Assembly: GCA_030295235.1 (NCBI GenBank)
Contig: AP026130.1
Coordinates: 1,364,001-1,428,000 of the forward strand
Reading direction: 5' to 3'
Source of the DNA: Fistulifera solaris
Taxonomy: Eukaryota
DNA: 64,000 nucleotides
Below are positions 61,250 to 64,000 of this stretch, piece after piece. Both the position numbers and the translations under genes were made by a program. Every line of letters starts with the position of its first letter. Position 1 is the stretch's first letter. The notes under the pieces are model-generated. The model did no database searches and had not been told where the DNA came from. It saw only the letters and a program-made list of their open reading frames with translations.

Positions 61250-64000
61250 ATGTCGGTGTTACCGTCACAGACACTTGCAGTCTTTCACGACGATGAAGAA
61301 TGGCTATCGCGCATCATCGCTGACGCACAAGCTCTCGAAGAGTTTCCTTCATCTGTTTTCATCGACCGTTTCTTGAAGGATCGATATTCTGAAACAACTT
61401 GCTGGACCGAATGGGTTACACAAGCGGAAGCGTACGGATTCGTCATACCCCGTGATATCTCGTTTATTCAATCATATGATGTTCCTTCGTCTGCATCGAC
61501 AGAAACGCCGCTTCCTGCGCGTTTATCTGAGTCTTTGTCCGAGCGATAACGATCTTGCTGAATGTGTCTCGCGACACCGCGATAGAACTCACTACGACAA
61601 CTTTGGCGACGTCTTCCGTCGATATTTCAAATGATGAGTTTGAAGCTGGCTTAGATCTTGTTTTAAAGGTAGTCGAGTGCTACCACCGTCAACGCATAGC
61701 TCGCTTGGGTGTGCTTACAGAACTGTTGCGAATCGAGCAAGCGGCTAACTCAGATAGTACCAAACAGCAACATGCTCATTCTACCCCGAGCCGCTCAAAA
61801 GCCGAAGGAATTGTTCAACAGCTTGAACCCTTCAACCTATTTGCGATTCTCCTCATGGCAGCCGTTTCACAGAAAGATAATGAAGTGCCCTCAACTTCTC
61901 TTTCTCGATCCCAACGTGACGCACTACGAGATTTGCCTAAAACAACCACATTTGCTTCTTTTATTACCAATCTGATGCAAGTTCAAAACATGTTTGCGAA
62001 AGAGCAGCAAAGCAAGGCCATGGAAGCACTCGTCGCTCTATGTTACGAGCGTGTCACCATACAACGCGCTCATTTGATCGTTTTGTCCGTAGCGTGTTCC
62101 GAAACAACTGACCATTTGGTAGGAATGTTGGGAGTTGAAGGGCTGGCACTCTGGAAGGAAACACCAGATCATCCACTCCTGCAAGGCGCTCAGGCACACG
62201 AGGAGCTAAGGGCACTCGCAAAAGTGTGGCAGCGACAATGTCTCGTATCGAAACCCTTCACGCTCATGGTGCTGGGTCTCGGTCTACTCGTGCAGGCAGC
62301 AAAATTGCCGGAGAGTTCAACTTTATTGGAAACAGCGAATGAGCAAGACGCCTTTGGTTATTTGTATGAAGTTTTGAGGCAACTTGTTCGGCCTGCTTGC
62401 TCGTCTCCTGATGAAAACGCAGAATTGGATGCGTCGAGCCTTATGTATGCTGGCATTGGGCGGGAAGTTGTCTCGGCGGCAATAACGGCATTTTCCCAAA
62501 ATTTGGAAAATGCCAACAATGTCGACATCTTTTGTATGTTAGCGGCCATTATTACGCAAAATAGTCCTACCATGACACAGCAATTCTGGGTCGATTGGTC
62601 TGTCTACACAAAAATGTCCGAAGAGAGACCTTTTTGTGTGCTTTTGGATCACGCCCATCAACTTGCTCAACGAATGTACCCTTTGCCCTTGTTAAGAATG
62701 GTCACTTCCCTTGTCTCGACTGCAGAATCGGTCCGCGTCGTCTTAGAGGACTTTGTTCCGCCAAATCTATTTTCTCAGGCTCTGTTAGGCAAAGAGAAGA
62801 ATGAAGACTCTCTGGTAGTAGTTATTGAGTGCGTCCGCGTATTTGCTCATCATGCTAATACTGCCTCAGCGCGGCGTTTGTTGTGTCGAGCGATTGACCC
62901 AAAGCTGCTTTGCCAAGCTGTGCTGGAGACTTCCAGCGAAAATGCCGGTGCAGCCGGAATGGAATCGCTTTCAATGCTGTTGCATGACAATGCTGAATGG
63001 ACCCGAGTTATTGCAGACTCTTTTCACTGGATCGTGGGCGAACGTTGGCAAAACTTGGTGTTCCGCGGGAACCTGACCGCTGGAGCGGCCGCTCAGTTTT
63101 TGAGTCGTTTCTTTCGGAATATGACAGCGGTGTTTTTGCTCACGATACGGATGAAACGTTTGTTCTTAGTTTTTTAAGTTGCTTCTACCAGGCACTCATG
63201 ACACTCGTATCATTACTGGCTTCGTCTGTTCCAGTGCTTTCGAAGCCGGCCTTGGTCGGACAGAAGCAACTGACGTACAAAAGCGCCATTTCTATAATGG
63301 AATGCGTACACACCACCTTGCAATATGCCGGGCCCATGGAAGCGCTGCACCCGTCTTTTGCCGTAACACAAGCTGTTTCTGATTTTCGTTGGAACATCAT
63401 TTCATCGATACCTGGGAAATCTATCATTTTCTACGCAACAGTACCTGTCTCATTGAGCATTGCCCGCTTTTTAGATGAAGAGATCCGTGACGCGCAATTT
63501 ATTCGGTTAAAAAGACATTCTAATTTGTTCCAGACTTGGCTCTCCACCGCAAGCACGGACGCTCTACCGAATGGCGAATTTCAGTCCTTAGTGATGGAGT
63601 TGCTGGAGAATTCCGACCTATTGTCCTTCGACTTTTCGGATATGACATTTCAAGACGGTGATACATTGAATATGCCCATACAAGCGGCTTCGACTGCCAT
63701 CAATATACTTATTATATGGTGTAGTGTGGTGGACTCAAGGCGTCAACGTAATGCAGAGGCTGTAGACTCGGAGTACCCTCATGTTCTCTTGTCGGCACGA
63801 GGGGATCTCCCACACCTGAGCCCTACTACGTCCCGAGCAGTTACCGCGGTTTGGAATGCAGCGTCCATATCATATGCAGACGTATTTACTGGATATATTC
63901 AGGTGCAATCAATGTCTGACGGTGATACGTCAATTTCCGAGAAAGGAATGAATCTTCTCGCTGTTTTGTCTAAGCGCGCAGCATTGGTAAAGGACGATTC
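61250..64000 (+). CDS. Large alpha-helical protein, possibly Nup188/Nup205-like; frameshifted, runs off window end
   Basis: Consecutive ORFs 61208-61549 and 61555-63177 with coding-like continuation; QQFWVDW..PF..LL..A...YPLPLLR loosely recalls Nup188. Product call is weak. Confidence 0.5.

Overview
Gene-dense eukaryotic nuclear DNA, most likely a diatom (short 75-200 nt GT-AG introns, compact intergenics, a bipartite plastid-targeting-like N-terminus). The assembly looks under-polished: many genes are broken by single-base losses in homopolymers. Housekeeping genes: organellar IF2, thioesterase, rhomboid, CAMK-type kinase, CDC45, MscS-like channel, ABCC transporter, choline-transporter-like, NTT-like carrier, IQ-repeat protein. 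Highlights: (1) a head-to-head pair of ankyrin + CbbX/SpoVK-like AAA+ paralogs with complementary catalytic losses, suggesting an obligate heteromeric ATPase; (2) a 5.1-kb Dada-like DDE transposon with an intact DEDDy 3'-5' exonuclease, perfect 25-bp TIRs and an 8-bp TSD; (3) an inverted duplication of an alpha-carbonic anhydrase giving a membrane-anchored and a soluble version that share an in-frame TAA; (4) a 425-bp satellite interrupted by a 1879-bp TIR element with a 3-bp TSD, with dispersed copies elsewhere; (5) a 52-bp minisatellite with a palindromic core in a divergent intergenic region. All family calls come from motif recognition by eye; no database searches were run.
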